Source: TPA_inf: Saccharomyces
Lineage: Eukaryota
NCBI GenBank assembly: GCA_000146045.2
Contig: BK006934.2
Span: forward strand, 160,001-224,000
DNA length: 64,000 nt
Direction of reading: 5' to 3'
This document shows positions 20,345 to 32,804 of this stretch, in pieces. The notes under the pieces are model-generated. The model had not been told where the DNA came from and did not search any database. It saw nothing but the letters and a program-made list of their open reading frames with translations. Each line of letters begins with the position of its first letter. The stretch's first letter is position 1. Position numbers and translations under genes: made by a program.

Positions 20345-21760
20345 ATGGAAAGTTTTGAAAATTTGAGCATAAGAGACAGTTTCACTAGCGGAATGGAACA
20401 CGTTGACGAGGAGTTAGGAGGCCTCTCCGACCTAAGTATATCTAAGCAGGGGCCAACTTTGTCACCACAGCTTATCAACCGATTTATGCCCCATTTTCCC
20501 TCGAGCCCATCACCTCTGCGAAATACATTGGATTTTAGTGCTGCTAAAGCTGATGAGGAAGAAGATGACCGAATGGAAATAGATGAGGTTGATGATACAA
20601 GTTTTGAAGAAGAATATAATAACGAGCCAATCGAAACTCATACTGAAGCGACTGAGAATGCCGTGGTGGAAGAAATCGAGGCTACCCCAGAAGAAAGACA
20701 AAAGCAAGAGAAGAATGAAAGCCAAGACCAAAGTGTAGAAGAGGTCGAGAACATTGTTTCACCGCATCGTTCAACTGTCATAAAGGCATTATTATCACCG
20801 ACCGATTTAGGTGTGGCCGCAGCTACTAAAGTTGAAGGTGTTGTGCCATTACCACCATCGGCCAATCAAGATGACAATGAAAGTTCGAATAACAACGCAG
20901 AGGGTGAAGACATAATCAGAAATGAAGAAGTCGAAGATGAGATCAAATCATCACTTGGCAACCACAAGTCAAGCCAGTACGCAAATGCGTTCGATTCGGA
21001 AATAATCAAGAGGGAATTAAGATCAAGATCAAAATATCAACCAATTCAGGTTTCATTCAATACACACAACTACTTCTATTCAGATAAGGACGGCATTAAA
21101 ACTTATTCTCTTACTAAACCAAATCACAATAAAATAGATGAATTTTACGACCAAAATGAAGCTTTCAAGTTGCCTAAACCATGGTCACCCAATTCACATC
21201 CGGCATCAAGAGCGTCATATGCCCTAATGTCATATTTACAGTTATTTCTCAATGCGATCACTACAGTAGTGATTTTTAGTTTTATACTCTCATTTATCAT
21301 AGCGCTTCAAAAGGACTTGAAATCCACATGGGAACAAAGAAAACATGAACTGCAGTACGAATCCAGAATTTGTCAAGAGCAGTACCTCACAAATCGTTGT
21401 AACCAGACGCCTGGCTTGCCGGCTCTGGGCGAACAATGTGCTATATGGAAACAGTGTATGGACAGAAATAACGATATCTTTTTCCGTGCAAGATCAACGT
21501 TGAGCGCAAAATTGTTCGGAGACATTATCAACTCATTCATAGATCCATTAAACTGGAAAACACTATTTGTTATTTTTTGTGGTGTGATAACTTGGTGTTT
21601 CAGTTCGAATTTCTTACTGGGTTTTGTAAGAGCCAAGAGCTACTATGGCAATGGCATCAAAACATATCCCTTGCCATCTTCACCGAAATCGCCGACATCA
21701 GAAGAAACACACTCATCTATGACAGCATCTGGAGAGGACTCACACCTACTTAAGCAATAG
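20345..21760 (+). CDS. BRL1: Nuclear envelope integral membrane protein Brl1 (471 aa)
   Basis: Acidic N-terminus, a Cys-rich luminal segment (CQEQYLTNRCNQ...CAIWKQC) and TM segments. The first ATG is at 20345. Confidence 0.85.
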   Translation: MESFENLSIRDSFTSGMEHVDEELGGLSDLSISKQGPTLSPQLINRFMPHFPSSPSPLRNTLDFSAAKADEEEDDRMEIDEVDDTSFEEEYNNEPIETHTEATENAVVEEIEATPEERQKQEKNESQDQSVEEVENIVSPHRSTVIKALLSPTDLGVAAATKVEGVVPLPPSANQDDNESSNNNAEGEDIIRNEEVEDEIKSSLGNHKSSQYANAFDSEIIKRELRSRSKYQPIQVSFNTHNYFYSDKDGIKTYSLTKPNHNKIDEFYDQNEAFKLPKPWSPNSHPASRASYALMSYLQLFLNAITTVVIFSFILSFIIALQKDLKSTWEQRKHELQYESRICQEQYLTNRCNQTPGLPALGEQCAIWKQCMDRNNDIFFRARSTLSAKLFGDIINSFIDPLNWKTLFVIFCGVITWCFSSNFLLGFVRAKSYYGNGIKTYPLPSSPKSPTSEETHSSMTASGEDSHLLKQ

Positions 21761-21810
21761 ATTGTGCTATCTGGGACAGTAACAATGCTTATCTACGCCA
21801 TCGGACATCT

Positions 21811-21826
21811 CGGGAAGCCAACTCCG
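21811..21826. promoter_or_regulatory. Put3-type Zn2Cys6 site, CGG-N10-CCG (CGGGAAGCCAACTCCG), about 150 bp upstream of PUT2
   Basis: The motif is read directly. It fits the proline-utilisation UAS consensus CGGNANGCNANNNCCGA described for PUT1 and PUT2. Confidence 0.6.
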
Positions 21827-21931
21827 AAGCCGACAAAAATTGGATAGGCCTACTATATAAGGGTGACAGGACAGCTGACTTTACTCCAGAAGTATATCCA
21901 TGGAAAATATGTAATAATACAAACAAGTTAA

Positions 21932-23704
<1,773 letters not shown>

Positions 23705-24065
23705 AAAAATTTTTGTGGAATAGAACCGCGAATGCAGTCACTTCATCCATCAACTCATGTAAATGTTAGATTATCGAAAAAAGGGTTTTGATTACTTCAT
23801 TAGGTTTTTTTAGTTTTACAATTTTAATTTATCTAGGTAAATAGTTTAAAAATATTCATTGAACCAACCGTCCAAATTCCCGTTCTATATTCTGTCATGA
23901 CTTACTTATTCACGTTGCTATTTATTCGCCGCATATTCATTCTGTTTTTGGCATAAGGACCCGTCCGGAAACAGAACATCAATTTATTAAATACGTCCAT
24001 TCGTAAGCTTAAAGATGGAAACTTTGGCGAGCAGTCCCTGACAAGAAAAATAACAGCAAGAAATA

Positions 24066-24758
24066 ATGATTTTAACCACAGCTAGATTAAATTGTAGACC
24101 AGTCACCGTTCCTCGTCTATTTAATCGTTCTTTTAGTCAATCTTTCATAATTTTGAAGAAAAAAAGTTCTACCCCTACTGAGAAAGTCGAAGAAGATGAA
24201 ATTGACGTGAATGAACTGCTGAAAAAGGCAGAAACTCAATTCAAAAAAACTTTAGAAATTCAAAAACAGAAAATGAATGAGATAAAACAGGGAAATTTTA
24301 ATCCTAAGGTATTCAATAGTTTAGTGTTCAAAAATAACAGAAAGTTTACAGATATTGCTACCACATCCTTGAAAGGTAAAAATGCACTTTTAATAACAGT
24401 TTTCGACCCCAAAGATGTGAAAACTGTGATCAGTGGGGTGCTTGCTGCGAACCTGAATTTAACTCCTGAAAGGGTCCCAAATAACGATTTGCAATTGAAA
24501 GTTTCGTTACCACCACCAACTACAGAATCCCGGTTAAAAGTAGCTAAAGACTTAAAGAGAGTATTTGAAGAATATAAGCAGTCATCGCTAAAAGACTCAT
24601 TAGGAACTATCAGAGGCAGTATTCTAAAGGAATTCAAAAGTTTCAAAAAGGATGATGCCGTTCGAAAAGCTGAGAGGGATTTGGAAAAACTGCATAAGGA
24701 TTACGTGAACAAGCTTCATGACCAATTCCAGAAAGTTGAAAAAAGCATTGTAAAATGA
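24066..24758 (+). CDS. RRF1: Mitochondrial ribosome recycling factor (230 aa)
   Basis: RRF domain (GKNALLITVFDP...LTPERV) with an N-terminal targeting sequence. Confidence 0.85.
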   Translation: MILTTARLNCRPVTVPRLFNRSFSQSFIILKKKSSTPTEKVEEDEIDVNELLKKAETQFKKTLEIQKQKMNEIKQGNFNPKVFNSLVFKNNRKFTDIATTSLKGKNALLITVFDPKDVKTVISGVLAANLNLTPERVPNNDLQLKVSLPPPTTESRLKVAKDLKRVFEEYKQSSLKDSLGTIRGSILKEFKSFKKDDAVRKAERDLEKLHKDYVNKLHDQFQKVEKSIVK

Positions 24759-24874
24759 GGAATTTCGTAACGTGTATAGAATCAAAAAATCATAAATCTT
24801 GTACATAAAAAGTTCATTTTATATAATAATAAATACCAAATTATTGATAAGTTTGTTGCTTCCTCTAAAGTAAA

Positions 24875-26809
24875 CTAGCTGGCTTCTTTAGCTAAAGAGA
24901 ACAGTGACTTTATTCTTTGCCATGTGGAATTTGTATAAGCTCCTACGATGAAACTCTTTACAAAATTCCAAGCCTTAGCATTGTTACGAATAGGGTAGTC
25001 TAATGGTTTTGGAATTTGAGTGGAGACAAAAGGCAAAGTATCAAAACAGACACTTTTGGCATTGCACAAACCCAAAAGACCTTCTTCACCACCAAATTTA
25101 CCGTAACCTGAACCATTGATACCACCAAATGGTAATTGACAAACATAGAATGTAGCAAAATCATTAATGGCTACATTACCAGTTTGTAGGCTATTTGCGA
25201 CGTAATTGCATTCCTTGATATCCGCACCAAACACAGAACCACCTAGACCAAATGGCGCAGAGTTGGCTAGTTGTACACAATGGTCAGTATTCTTAGCTTT
25301 CATCATGACTAAAATTGGGCCAAACACTTCGTTTTGTGCTATTTTCATTTCTGGAGTGACATCCACCAAAAGAGTTGGTTGGAAATAATGACCTTGTGGA
25401 TACTTTGGATGTTTGAAGCGGGAACCACCTTGAAGTAAACGAGCTCCCTTTGCAACAGCATCTTTAACCAAAGCTTCTAGTTCATCGAATCTGTTGTCAG
25501 ATATCATTGCCCCCATATCAACATTTTCTAAATGATCAATATCAGACCCTTGGCGTAGTGGATTTGCAGTCATACGGTCATTCAAAATCTTGACTAAATC
25601 ATCATAATTTTCCTTACTGACAATAACCCTCTCAATACCAATACAATTTTGACCGGATGATTGGAAAGTACCCCTCATGATGATAGAAGATAAAGCATCT
25701 AAATTCTTAGCTGAGTCTAGGACAATAAACGCATCCTTACCACCAAGCTCCACAACTACGGGTGTCAATGATTTGGCAGCGCATTTTAGAATATAGTGCG
25801 CTACGGGCTGACTGCCAATAAAAGTGATATGTTTGAAACCAGGATGAGAGGTGAAATAATTTGCGGAATCATCATTTTCAGTTGGAGGTAAACAATAGCA
25901 CAACTGAACCAAATCTGGATCTTCATCACAAGCTTCCAAACATTTGCGGATCAGCTCGACGAAAAATTCCGAAGACCAGACAACTTGTTCTGAACATTTT
26001 ACTACAATGGCATTCCCTGTGAACAATGCTGCAATAATTGGACCCAATAAGTTATGGAATGGATAGTTCCAGGAAACGATAGAACTGATCACACCCAGTG
26101 GTTCATAACGGATTTCTGCACCTTTATACCACTTCATGAAAAAATTAGTGGGGCCCGGACGTCTCGAAGGTTGCAACGCTCTTTGGCCGTGCTTTATAGT
26201 CCATTGAATTTTTTCTAAAGTAACCAAGATTTCACCCATCGATGCGTCTAACATTGTCTTTCCTGAATCCCTGCACGCTACTCTCGCAATAAGATCTTGA
26301 TTATTTAGAATATAATCATGCAAAGAAGCCAAAACTCTCAATCTTCTTGAGAAATCAGAATTGCCCCAAGTAGATTGAGCTTTGCCTGCCTTAGAAACCA
26401 TTTCATCTATGTCAGCTTCCGTTTTCGATGGAAAAGAACCTAGATATTGACCTGTGGCGGGACAATGACATTGAATAAAGTTTGGTTCTTCAGGATTCCA
26501 TATGTTAGTGGAAACAGACCTCTTGCCCTTCCAATTATTTTGAGCGGCCTCTGGTGCAGGAAGGGAGAATTTGACTGGCTTATAGGACGAGGAACACTTT
26601 GCTGGGGTGGAGATTATCTTGACCAAAACATACAGAGTGAAAATTGAGGCAACTAGCGTTGTAATGCCTATCAGTTTTTGGTTATCTTGAATAATTTGGG
26701 GTTGAGAACGCATTATTGCGTTTTGCTTCTCCAACCATAAGTTAAAGTAAGCTTGAACTGTGGAGTTCAAATGGTTAATCATGTCTGAATTCAGATAGAC
26801 CTTGGACAT
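24875..26809 (-). CDS. MSC7: Aldehyde dehydrogenase family protein Msc7 (644 aa)
   Basis: ALDH fold (GIERV, ELGGKDA, EEGLLGLCN) with an N-terminal TM segment. The start is placed at MSKVYLNSDM to give 644 aa. Confidence 0.85.
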   Translation of the reverse strand: MSKVYLNSDMINHLNSTVQAYFNLWLEKQNAIMRSQPQIIQDNQKLIGITTLVASIFTLYVLVKIISTPAKCSSSYKPVKFSLPAPEAAQNNWKGKRSVSTNIWNPEEPNFIQCHCPATGQYLGSFPSKTEADIDEMVSKAGKAQSTWGNSDFSRRLRVLASLHDYILNNQDLIARVACRDSGKTMLDASMGEILVTLEKIQWTIKHGQRALQPSRRPGPTNFFMKWYKGAEIRYEPLGVISSIVSWNYPFHNLLGPIIAALFTGNAIVVKCSEQVVWSSEFFVELIRKCLEACDEDPDLVQLCYCLPPTENDDSANYFTSHPGFKHITFIGSQPVAHYILKCAAKSLTPVVVELGGKDAFIVLDSAKNLDALSSIIMRGTFQSSGQNCIGIERVIVSKENYDDLVKILNDRMTANPLRQGSDIDHLENVDMGAMISDNRFDELEALVKDAVAKGARLLQGGSRFKHPKYPQGHYFQPTLLVDVTPEMKIAQNEVFGPILVMMKAKNTDHCVQLANSAPFGLGGSVFGADIKECNYVANSLQTGNVAINDFATFYVCQLPFGGINGSGYGKFGGEEGLLGLCNAKSVCFDTLPFVSTQIPKPLDYPIRNNAKAWNFVKSFIVGAYTNSTWQRIKSLFSLAKEAS

Positions 26810-27029
26810 GATGAATAAACGTTCGATAAAACAGAGGAGAAACTGAACGTGAACTGTGAAAAGAATTCTACTATTCTGCAAATACTATTATAATTATATA
26901 GTAATCCCCATCGGCGTTTAGTATTTTTCGTTAATAAAATAAAAATAGAGAGACCATACTTTCTCCTTTACAACCGATATACTAAATAACACATTTTTGA
27001 TTATACTACTACTCGTTTAGCAGATAGAG

Positions 27030-27051
27030 AAAAAAAAAAAAAAAAAAAAAA
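27030..27051. repeat. Poly(dA) homopolymer of about 22 A, between the MSC7 promoter and the VMA10 3' end
   Basis: Read directly from the sequence. Confidence 0.9.
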
Positions 27052-27172
27052 GGCTGAATGGATAAAGCGAGAGTCGTAAAGACCGAATGCAATGTCAGTT
27101 TATACATTTTTATTCTATTGGTATTATATTATAAAAAGATATATGATTAGAAAACTAGAATGTAATGCAATA

Positions 27173-27679
27173 TTACAAGGCATTGATATGGACTTCAGCA
27201 GAAGGCTTGATGACAGTCTCGATCAAAATTTTGACAACGTCATCCTTTTTCTTCTCTGCAATTTTCTTAATCTCAGCTAATTCACCTTGCACACCAGCCT
27301 CTGCTTTCTTTTCCAATTCACCAACACCACCGGCATTCTTTTGTTCAAACTCCTTCAATTCCTTGTCTTTTTGAATTTTGTATGAGTCGATTTCCTTGGC
27401 TGCATCAGTCTTGGCTTGCTTCAACTTATCTTGTCTGTACTTTCTAGCCTTTGATACTATTTCGTGGGCTTCCTTTTCAGCTTGTAGTAGGGTGGCAATT
27501 CCGTTTTTTTGGGACTAAAGAGAATATTACATAGTTCTGAGCAACAATGAAAAAACCAATACCTTTGTCACGAGGTACCAGTCCAACAAGAGAGCACAGT
27601 TTTAAAAAAGTTTTTCATGTTAGTAAGAACGCTTGTTAGAGACAGAAGTGTTGACACGTAATGTAATGGCACATACCAT
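27173..27679 (-). CDS. VMA10: V-ATPase V1 subunit G (114 aa), spliced: exon 1 is the ATG alone (27677-27679) and exon 2 is 27173-27514
   Basis: The minus strand reads ATG|GTATGT, then a TACTAAC branch site (plus 27619-27626), then TTTAG|TCCCAAAAAAACGG. The spliced product is MSQKNGIATLLQAEKEAHEIV...HINAL, 114 aa. The intron is 162 nt. Confidence 0.85.
27515..27676 (-). other. VMA10: VMA10 spliceosomal intron, 162 nt, with GTATGT 5' splice site, TACTAAC branch site and TAG 3' splice site
   Basis: All three canonical yeast intron signals are read directly. Splicing restores the frame. Confidence 0.85.
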
Positions 27680-27923
27680 TCTGCTTTGTATACCTTGCAC
27701 ACTTTGGAGATTGCAGGAAAAAAAAAAATGTATTGTTTAAGGTGTGATTGCTTTATCTATCACGCTCCCTTTTAGAGATGAAATTTTTGATACCCAAGGC
27801 AGGGTAACAAATTGAAAAAAAAAAAAATTCGCGGTAATAATAGTGGATGTCAAAGTTCATATTCGATGAGATGAGCTGGAATAGGAGTCCAGTTAATAGG
27901 GAAGGGTGTGGCAATTTGCAAGT

Positions 27924-29024
27924 ATGGCGGTGTTGTGTGGTGTATGCGGAATAAAAGAGTTCAAATACAAGTGTCCAAGATGTTTGGTGCAAACTTGCTC
28001 TTTGGAGTGTTCCAAGAAGCACAAGACAAGGGACAATTGCTCAGGTCAAACACATGATCCTAAGGAGTATATATCGAGTGAGGCGTTGAAACAGGCGGAC
28101 GACGACAAGCACGAACGAAATGCTTATGTCCAGAGGGACTACAACTATCTGACGCAGTTGAAGCGAATGGTGCATGTACAAAAGATGGATGCTAGAATGA
28201 AGAACAAGCGGGTTCTGGGGCCTGTGGGCGGCCACAACTCTAATTTCAAGAAGAGAAGATACGATATAGATGAGGATGATCGTGATAGCACGGAGTGTCA
28301 GAGGATAATTAGGAGGGGGGTGAACTGTTTGATGCTACCCAAGGGGATGCAGCGATCATCGCAAAACAGGAGCAAGTGGGACAAAACGATGGACCTATTT
28401 GTATGGAGCGTGGAGTGGATTCTATGTCCTATGCAGGAAAAGGGTGAGAAAAAGGAGCTTTTCAAACATGTCAGCCACCGTATCAAAGAGACAGACTTTT
28501 TGGTGCAAGGGATGGGCAAGAACGTTTTCCAAAAATGCTGTGAATTCTATCGCTTGGCTGGAACAAGCTCTTGCATAGAGGGCGAAGACGGTTCGGAGAC
28601 CAAAGAGGAAAGAACACAGATCCTACAGAAGAGTGGGCTCAAATTCTACACGAAAACGTTCCCTTACAACACCACGCATATAATGGATTCAAAAAAACTG
28701 GTGGAGTTGGCTATACATGAGAAATGCATCGGAGAATTGTTGAAGAACACCACAGTGATCGAGTTTCCCACGATATTCGTTGCCATGACAGAGGCTGACC
28801 TACCAGAGGGCTACGAGGTGCTACACCAGGAACCCCGCCCACTTGAGCATACGAGTACACTGAACAAGTTTATTGACAATGCAAGGGAGGAGGAAGACGC
28901 TGAAGAGGACTCTCAACCGACAGAAGAACCTGTACAGAAGGAAACACAGGACGCCAGCGACAGCGACAGCGACAGCGACGATGACTACAATCCGGGCTTA
29001 TCCATGGATTTCCTCACTGCATGA
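27924..29024 (+). CDS. BCD1: zf-HIT box C/D snoRNP assembly factor Bcd1 (366 aa)
   Basis: N-terminal HIT zinc finger (CGVCGIKEFKYKCPRCLVQTCSLECSKKH). The first ATG is at 27924. The C-terminus is a (DS)n tract from (GACAGC)n at 28956-28985. Confidence 0.88.
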   Translation: MAVLCGVCGIKEFKYKCPRCLVQTCSLECSKKHKTRDNCSGQTHDPKEYISSEALKQADDDKHERNAYVQRDYNYLTQLKRMVHVQKMDARMKNKRVLGPVGGHNSNFKKRRYDIDEDDRDSTECQRIIRRGVNCLMLPKGMQRSSQNRSKWDKTMDLFVWSVEWILCPMQEKGEKKELFKHVSHRIKETDFLVQGMGKNVFQKCCEFYRLAGTSSCIEGEDGSETKEERTQILQKSGLKFYTKTFPYNTTHIMDSKKLVELAIHEKCIGELLKNTTVIEFPTIFVAMTEADLPEGYEVLHQEPRPLEHTSTLNKFIDNAREEEDAEEDSQPTEEPVQKETQDASDSDSDSDDDYNPGLSMDFLTA

Positions 29025-29130
29025 GCCGAGATACATAAGGTTGAAGATTACTATTTAGACTATCTATCTATACGTATACACCGCAATATACAAACAGAAA
29101 AAAAAAAAAAGAAAAAGCATTCGTAAGAAC

Positions 29131-29854
29131 TCACAGCTCCAGAGCACGAACATACTGGTACGCCAAATCACATATTTCGTTGCTGGTGTCCGGCCCCAAC
29201 GAGTCGGATGAGGTTTTGTACTCCTTGGCCCGGATTTCAGCTAGGTGTCCTTCGATGCCTGCAATCTTGGTCTCAAACTCGCCCGCTTCGTCCGCCTGCA
29301 GTTCTATCAGGAGACCCTTGAACCCAGTGGAGGAGAAGAGGTTGACGAGTCGCACGGTGAGCCCGTCCAAGATCAACGTCTCACCGGCATCACCCTTGAT
29401 GAGCTGCCTCTGCATCCAGATGTTGGACAGCTTGGACGACAAAATAGTGTCTATGGACTCAGGAACGCCCGTAGATGAGCCATTGAACACCAGCGCCGGA
29501 GGGATATCCGCCGCTGCGGCAGTCGTCACCATCGCTGAGTTGTCCTTGATTAGCACGGTCTGCCGGCCATGGTGGTGGAACGTTATCGAGTACATGAGCT
29601 TGGAGACATCCGCGGGTAGGTTCTTGATAGAGCACCGGTACGTCCGAAAGTCTATCGACCAAGGGTCTCGCACGGACAGGATACTATTCGAGAGAGCATC
29701 CTTCAGTTCCGTTAGTGTAGCGGGAGTGGCTCTTTCCACGAATATAACGCTATATACATAAAAGAGAGAAAAAAAAAACTGTTGTTAGCAACAGGTAGTT
29801 CAATTGAAGAAATTCCGATGCGCCACGAAGGACGCTCCAGCTTTACATACGCTG
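29131..29854 (-). CDS. SRB2: Mediator subunit Srb2/Med20 (210 aa), spliced: exon 1 is 29841-29854 (14 nt) and exon 2 is 29131-29749
   Basis: The minus strand reads ATGGGAAAATCAGC|GTATGT...TGCTAAC...TATAG|CGTTATATTCGTGGAAAGAGCC, giving MGKSAVIFVERATPATL... The track's 202-aa ORF is the unspliced exon 2 started at a GTG. Confidence 0.85.
29750..29840 (-). other. SRB2: SRB2 intron, 91 nt, with a GTATGT 5' splice site and a TGCTAAC-type branch site
   Basis: Splice signals are read directly, and the spliced frame is 211 codons. Confidence 0.8.
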
Positions 29855-30298
29855 ATTTTCCCATGATGGATTGCTACTGTGCTTTCGAGCGCCGACTTAC
29901 AAGATTTGCTCTTCCAGTAAAATTTCACTTTGGGAATCACACCGCGAAACTGGCATACTAACGCATAAGAAAACACAAGAAGAGAAACAACGATAAAATC
30001 ACGCGGCGACATCTACAGTCCACCTGCCCCTTCCTTCGCTCAATTGCACTTTCCCATGCGCACTACCCATCTATATAGCTATGTATTCTATATCCACGCC
30101 TGCAAACGCACACTGTTCGTCCTCAGCCTCTATGCGTACGAGCCAGACCCTTGCTCCCAGTAGATAACGCACGCAAAACTCAAAAGATGGCACACCGGGG
30201 GAACAAAGGAGAGTAGAGTCTACCGAACGTCACCGCTGGTACCATGCAGCCATCACTACATACTAGCATCATACTACCACGATCACAGTTCACGACAC

Positions 30299-30306
30299 AT
30301 CACGTG
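30299..30306. promoter_or_regulatory. E-box ATCACGTG (Cbf1/Pho4-type), about 240 bp upstream of NCP1
   Basis: The motif is read directly. A TATA-like element (TATATATAG) lies at about 30431. Confidence 0.3.
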
Positions 30307-30542
30307 TGTGCTCGTTTAGCGGTCAACCCGCTATTGTTCTCCAGCCAGCTTTTATCGTTTTGCATTTTTTTTTCGGGCTGCTTTTCGTTCTTCGAGGACA
30401 AACGCACCTGTAAAGCTCAGCGCGAGGTTATATATATAGTATAATATGGTGAACAATGTAGCTTAAGTTTGCGTTCCTGTAGTGGTCACCGCTACGCTAG
30501 ACAACGACCGCGGTTTTCAAGTGATCTACTGTCGCACATATC

Positions 30543-32618
30543 ATGCCGTTTGGAATAGACAACACCGACTTCACTGTCCTGGCGGGGCTAGTGCTTGCCG
30601 TGCTACTGTACGTAAAGAGAAACTCCATCAAGGAACTGCTGATGTCCGATGACGGAGATATCACAGCTGTCAGCTCGGGCAACAGAGACATTGCTCAGGT
30701 GGTGACCGAAAACAACAAGAACTACTTGGTGTTGTATGCGTCGCAGACTGGGACTGCCGAGGATTACGCCAAAAAGTTTTCCAAGGAGCTGGTGGCCAAG
30801 TTCAACCTAAACGTGATGTGCGCAGATGTTGAGAACTACGACTTTGAGTCGCTAAACGATGTGCCCGTCATAGTCTCGATTTTTATCTCTACATATGGTG
30901 AAGGAGACTTCCCCGACGGGGCGGTCAACTTTGAAGACTTTATTTGTAATGCGGAAGCGGGTGCACTATCGAACCTGAGGTATAATATGTTTGGTCTGGG
31001 AAATTCTACTTATGAATTCTTTAATGGTGCCGCCAAGAAGGCCGAGAAGCATCTCTCCGCCGCGGGCGCTATCAGACTAGGCAAGCTCGGTGAAGCTGAT
31101 GATGGTGCAGGAACTACAGACGAAGATTACATGGCCTGGAAGGACTCCATCCTGGAGGTTTTGAAAGACGAACTGCATTTGGACGAACAGGAAGCCAAGT
31201 TCACCTCTCAATTCCAGTACACTGTGTTGAACGAAATCACTGACTCCATGTCGCTTGGTGAACCCTCTGCTCACTATTTGCCCTCGCATCAGTTGAACCG
31301 CAACGCAGACGGCATCCAATTGGGTCCCTTCGATTTGTCTCAACCGTATATTGCACCCATCGTGAAATCTCGCGAACTGTTCTCTTCCAATGACCGTAAT
31401 TGCATCCACTCTGAATTTGACTTGTCCGGCTCTAACATCAAGTACTCCACTGGTGACCATCTTGCTGTTTGGCCTTCCAACCCATTGGAAAAGGTCGAAC
31501 AGTTCTTATCCATATTCAACCTGGACCCTGAAACCATTTTTGACTTGAAGCCCCTGGATCCCACCGTCAAAGTGCCCTTCCCAACGCCAACTACTATTGG
31601 CGCTGCTATTAAACACTATTTGGAAATTACAGGACCTGTCTCCAGACAATTGTTTTCATCTTTGATTCAGTTCGCCCCCAACGCTGACGTCAAGGAAAAA
31701 TTGACTCTGCTTTCGAAAGACAAGGACCAATTCGCCGTCGAGATAACCTCCAAATATTTCAACATCGCAGATGCTCTGAAATATTTGTCTGATGGCGCCA
31801 AATGGGACACCGTACCCATGCAATTCTTGGTCGAATCAGTTCCCCAAATGACTCCTCGTTACTACTCTATCTCTTCCTCTTCTCTGTCTGAAAAGCAAAC
31901 CGTCCATGTCACCTCCATTGTGGAAAACTTTCCTAACCCAGAATTGCCTGATGCTCCTCCAGTTGTTGGTGTTACGACTAACTTGTTAAGAAACATTCAA
32001 TTGGCTCAAAACAATGTTAACATTGCCGAAACTAACCTACCTGTTCACTACGATTTAAATGGCCCACGTAAACTTTTCGCCAATTACAAATTGCCCGTCC
32101 ACGTTCGTCGTTCTAACTTCAGATTGCCTTCCAACCCTTCCACCCCAGTTATCATGATCGGTCCAGGTACCGGTGTTGCCCCATTCCGTGGGTTTATCAG
32201 AGAGCGTGTCGCGTTCCTCGAATCACAAAAGAAGGGCGGTAACAACGTTTCGCTAGGTAAGCATATACTGTTTTATGGATCCCGTAACACTGATGATTTC
32301 TTGTACCAGGACGAATGGCCAGAATACGCCAAAAAATTGGATGGTTCGTTCGAAATGGTCGTGGCCCATTCCAGGTTGCCAAACACCAAAAAAGTTTATG
32401 TTCAAGATAAATTAAAGGATTACGAAGACCAAGTATTTGAAATGATTAACAACGGTGCATTTATCTACGTCTGTGGTGATGCAAAGGGTATGGCCAAGGG
32501 TGTGTCAACCGCATTGGTTGGCATCTTATCCCGTGGTAAATCCATTACCACTGATGAAGCAACAGAGCTAATCAAGATGCTCAAGACTTCAGGTAGATAC
32601 CAAGAAGATGTCTGGTAA
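30543..32618 (+). CDS. NCP1: NADPH-cytochrome P450 reductase (691 aa)
   Basis: N-terminal membrane anchor, flavodoxin-like FMN domain, and FAD/NADPH domains (GPGTGVAPFRGF, YVCGDAKGMAKGV). 691 aa. Confidence 0.92.
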   Translation: MPFGIDNTDFTVLAGLVLAVLLYVKRNSIKELLMSDDGDITAVSSGNRDIAQVVTENNKNYLVLYASQTGTAEDYAKKFSKELVAKFNLNVMCADVENYDFESLNDVPVIVSIFISTYGEGDFPDGAVNFEDFICNAEAGALSNLRYNMFGLGNSTYEFFNGAAKKAEKHLSAAGAIRLGKLGEADDGAGTTDEDYMAWKDSILEVLKDELHLDEQEAKFTSQFQYTVLNEITDSMSLGEPSAHYLPSHQLNRNADGIQLGPFDLSQPYIAPIVKSRELFSSNDRNCIHSEFDLSGSNIKYSTGDHLAVWPSNPLEKVEQFLSIFNLDPETIFDLKPLDPTVKVPFPTPTTIGAAIKHYLEITGPVSRQLFSSLIQFAPNADVKEKLTLLSKDKDQFAVEITSKYFNIADALKYLSDGAKWDTVPMQFLVESVPQMTPRYYSISSSSLSEKQTVHVTSIVENFPNPELPDAPPVVGVTTNLLRNIQLAQNNVNIAETNLPVHYDLNGPRKLFANYKLPVHVRRSNFRLPSNPSTPVIMIGPGTGVAPFRGFIRERVAFLESQKKGGNNVSLGKHILFYGSRNTDDFLYQDEWPEYAKKLDGSFEMVVAHSRLPNTKKVYVQDKLKDYEDQVFEMINNGAFIYVCGDAKGMAKGVSTALVGILSRGKSITTDEATELIKMLKTSGRYQEDVW

Positions 32619-32804
32619 TCAGCCCACTGATCAAGCCTTCGGCGCGGTTGTTCAACCACACGATCTGTATCAAAGAAAAATAAGTTAGATAACCAAAAAA
32701 AAAAAAAATTTCATACTCACTATAAGAAATCATACGCAGTTCAACTTTTGCTTTTACATACAATTTTATCTATATATTCGTGCTTCTGCGATGTCCTTAT
32801 TTAT

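Noticed and set aside
29131-29739. 202-aa SRB2 ORF starting with M at 29739
   Set aside because: The codon is a GTG inside exon 2. The real gene is spliced, with a 14-nt exon 1 at 29841-29854.
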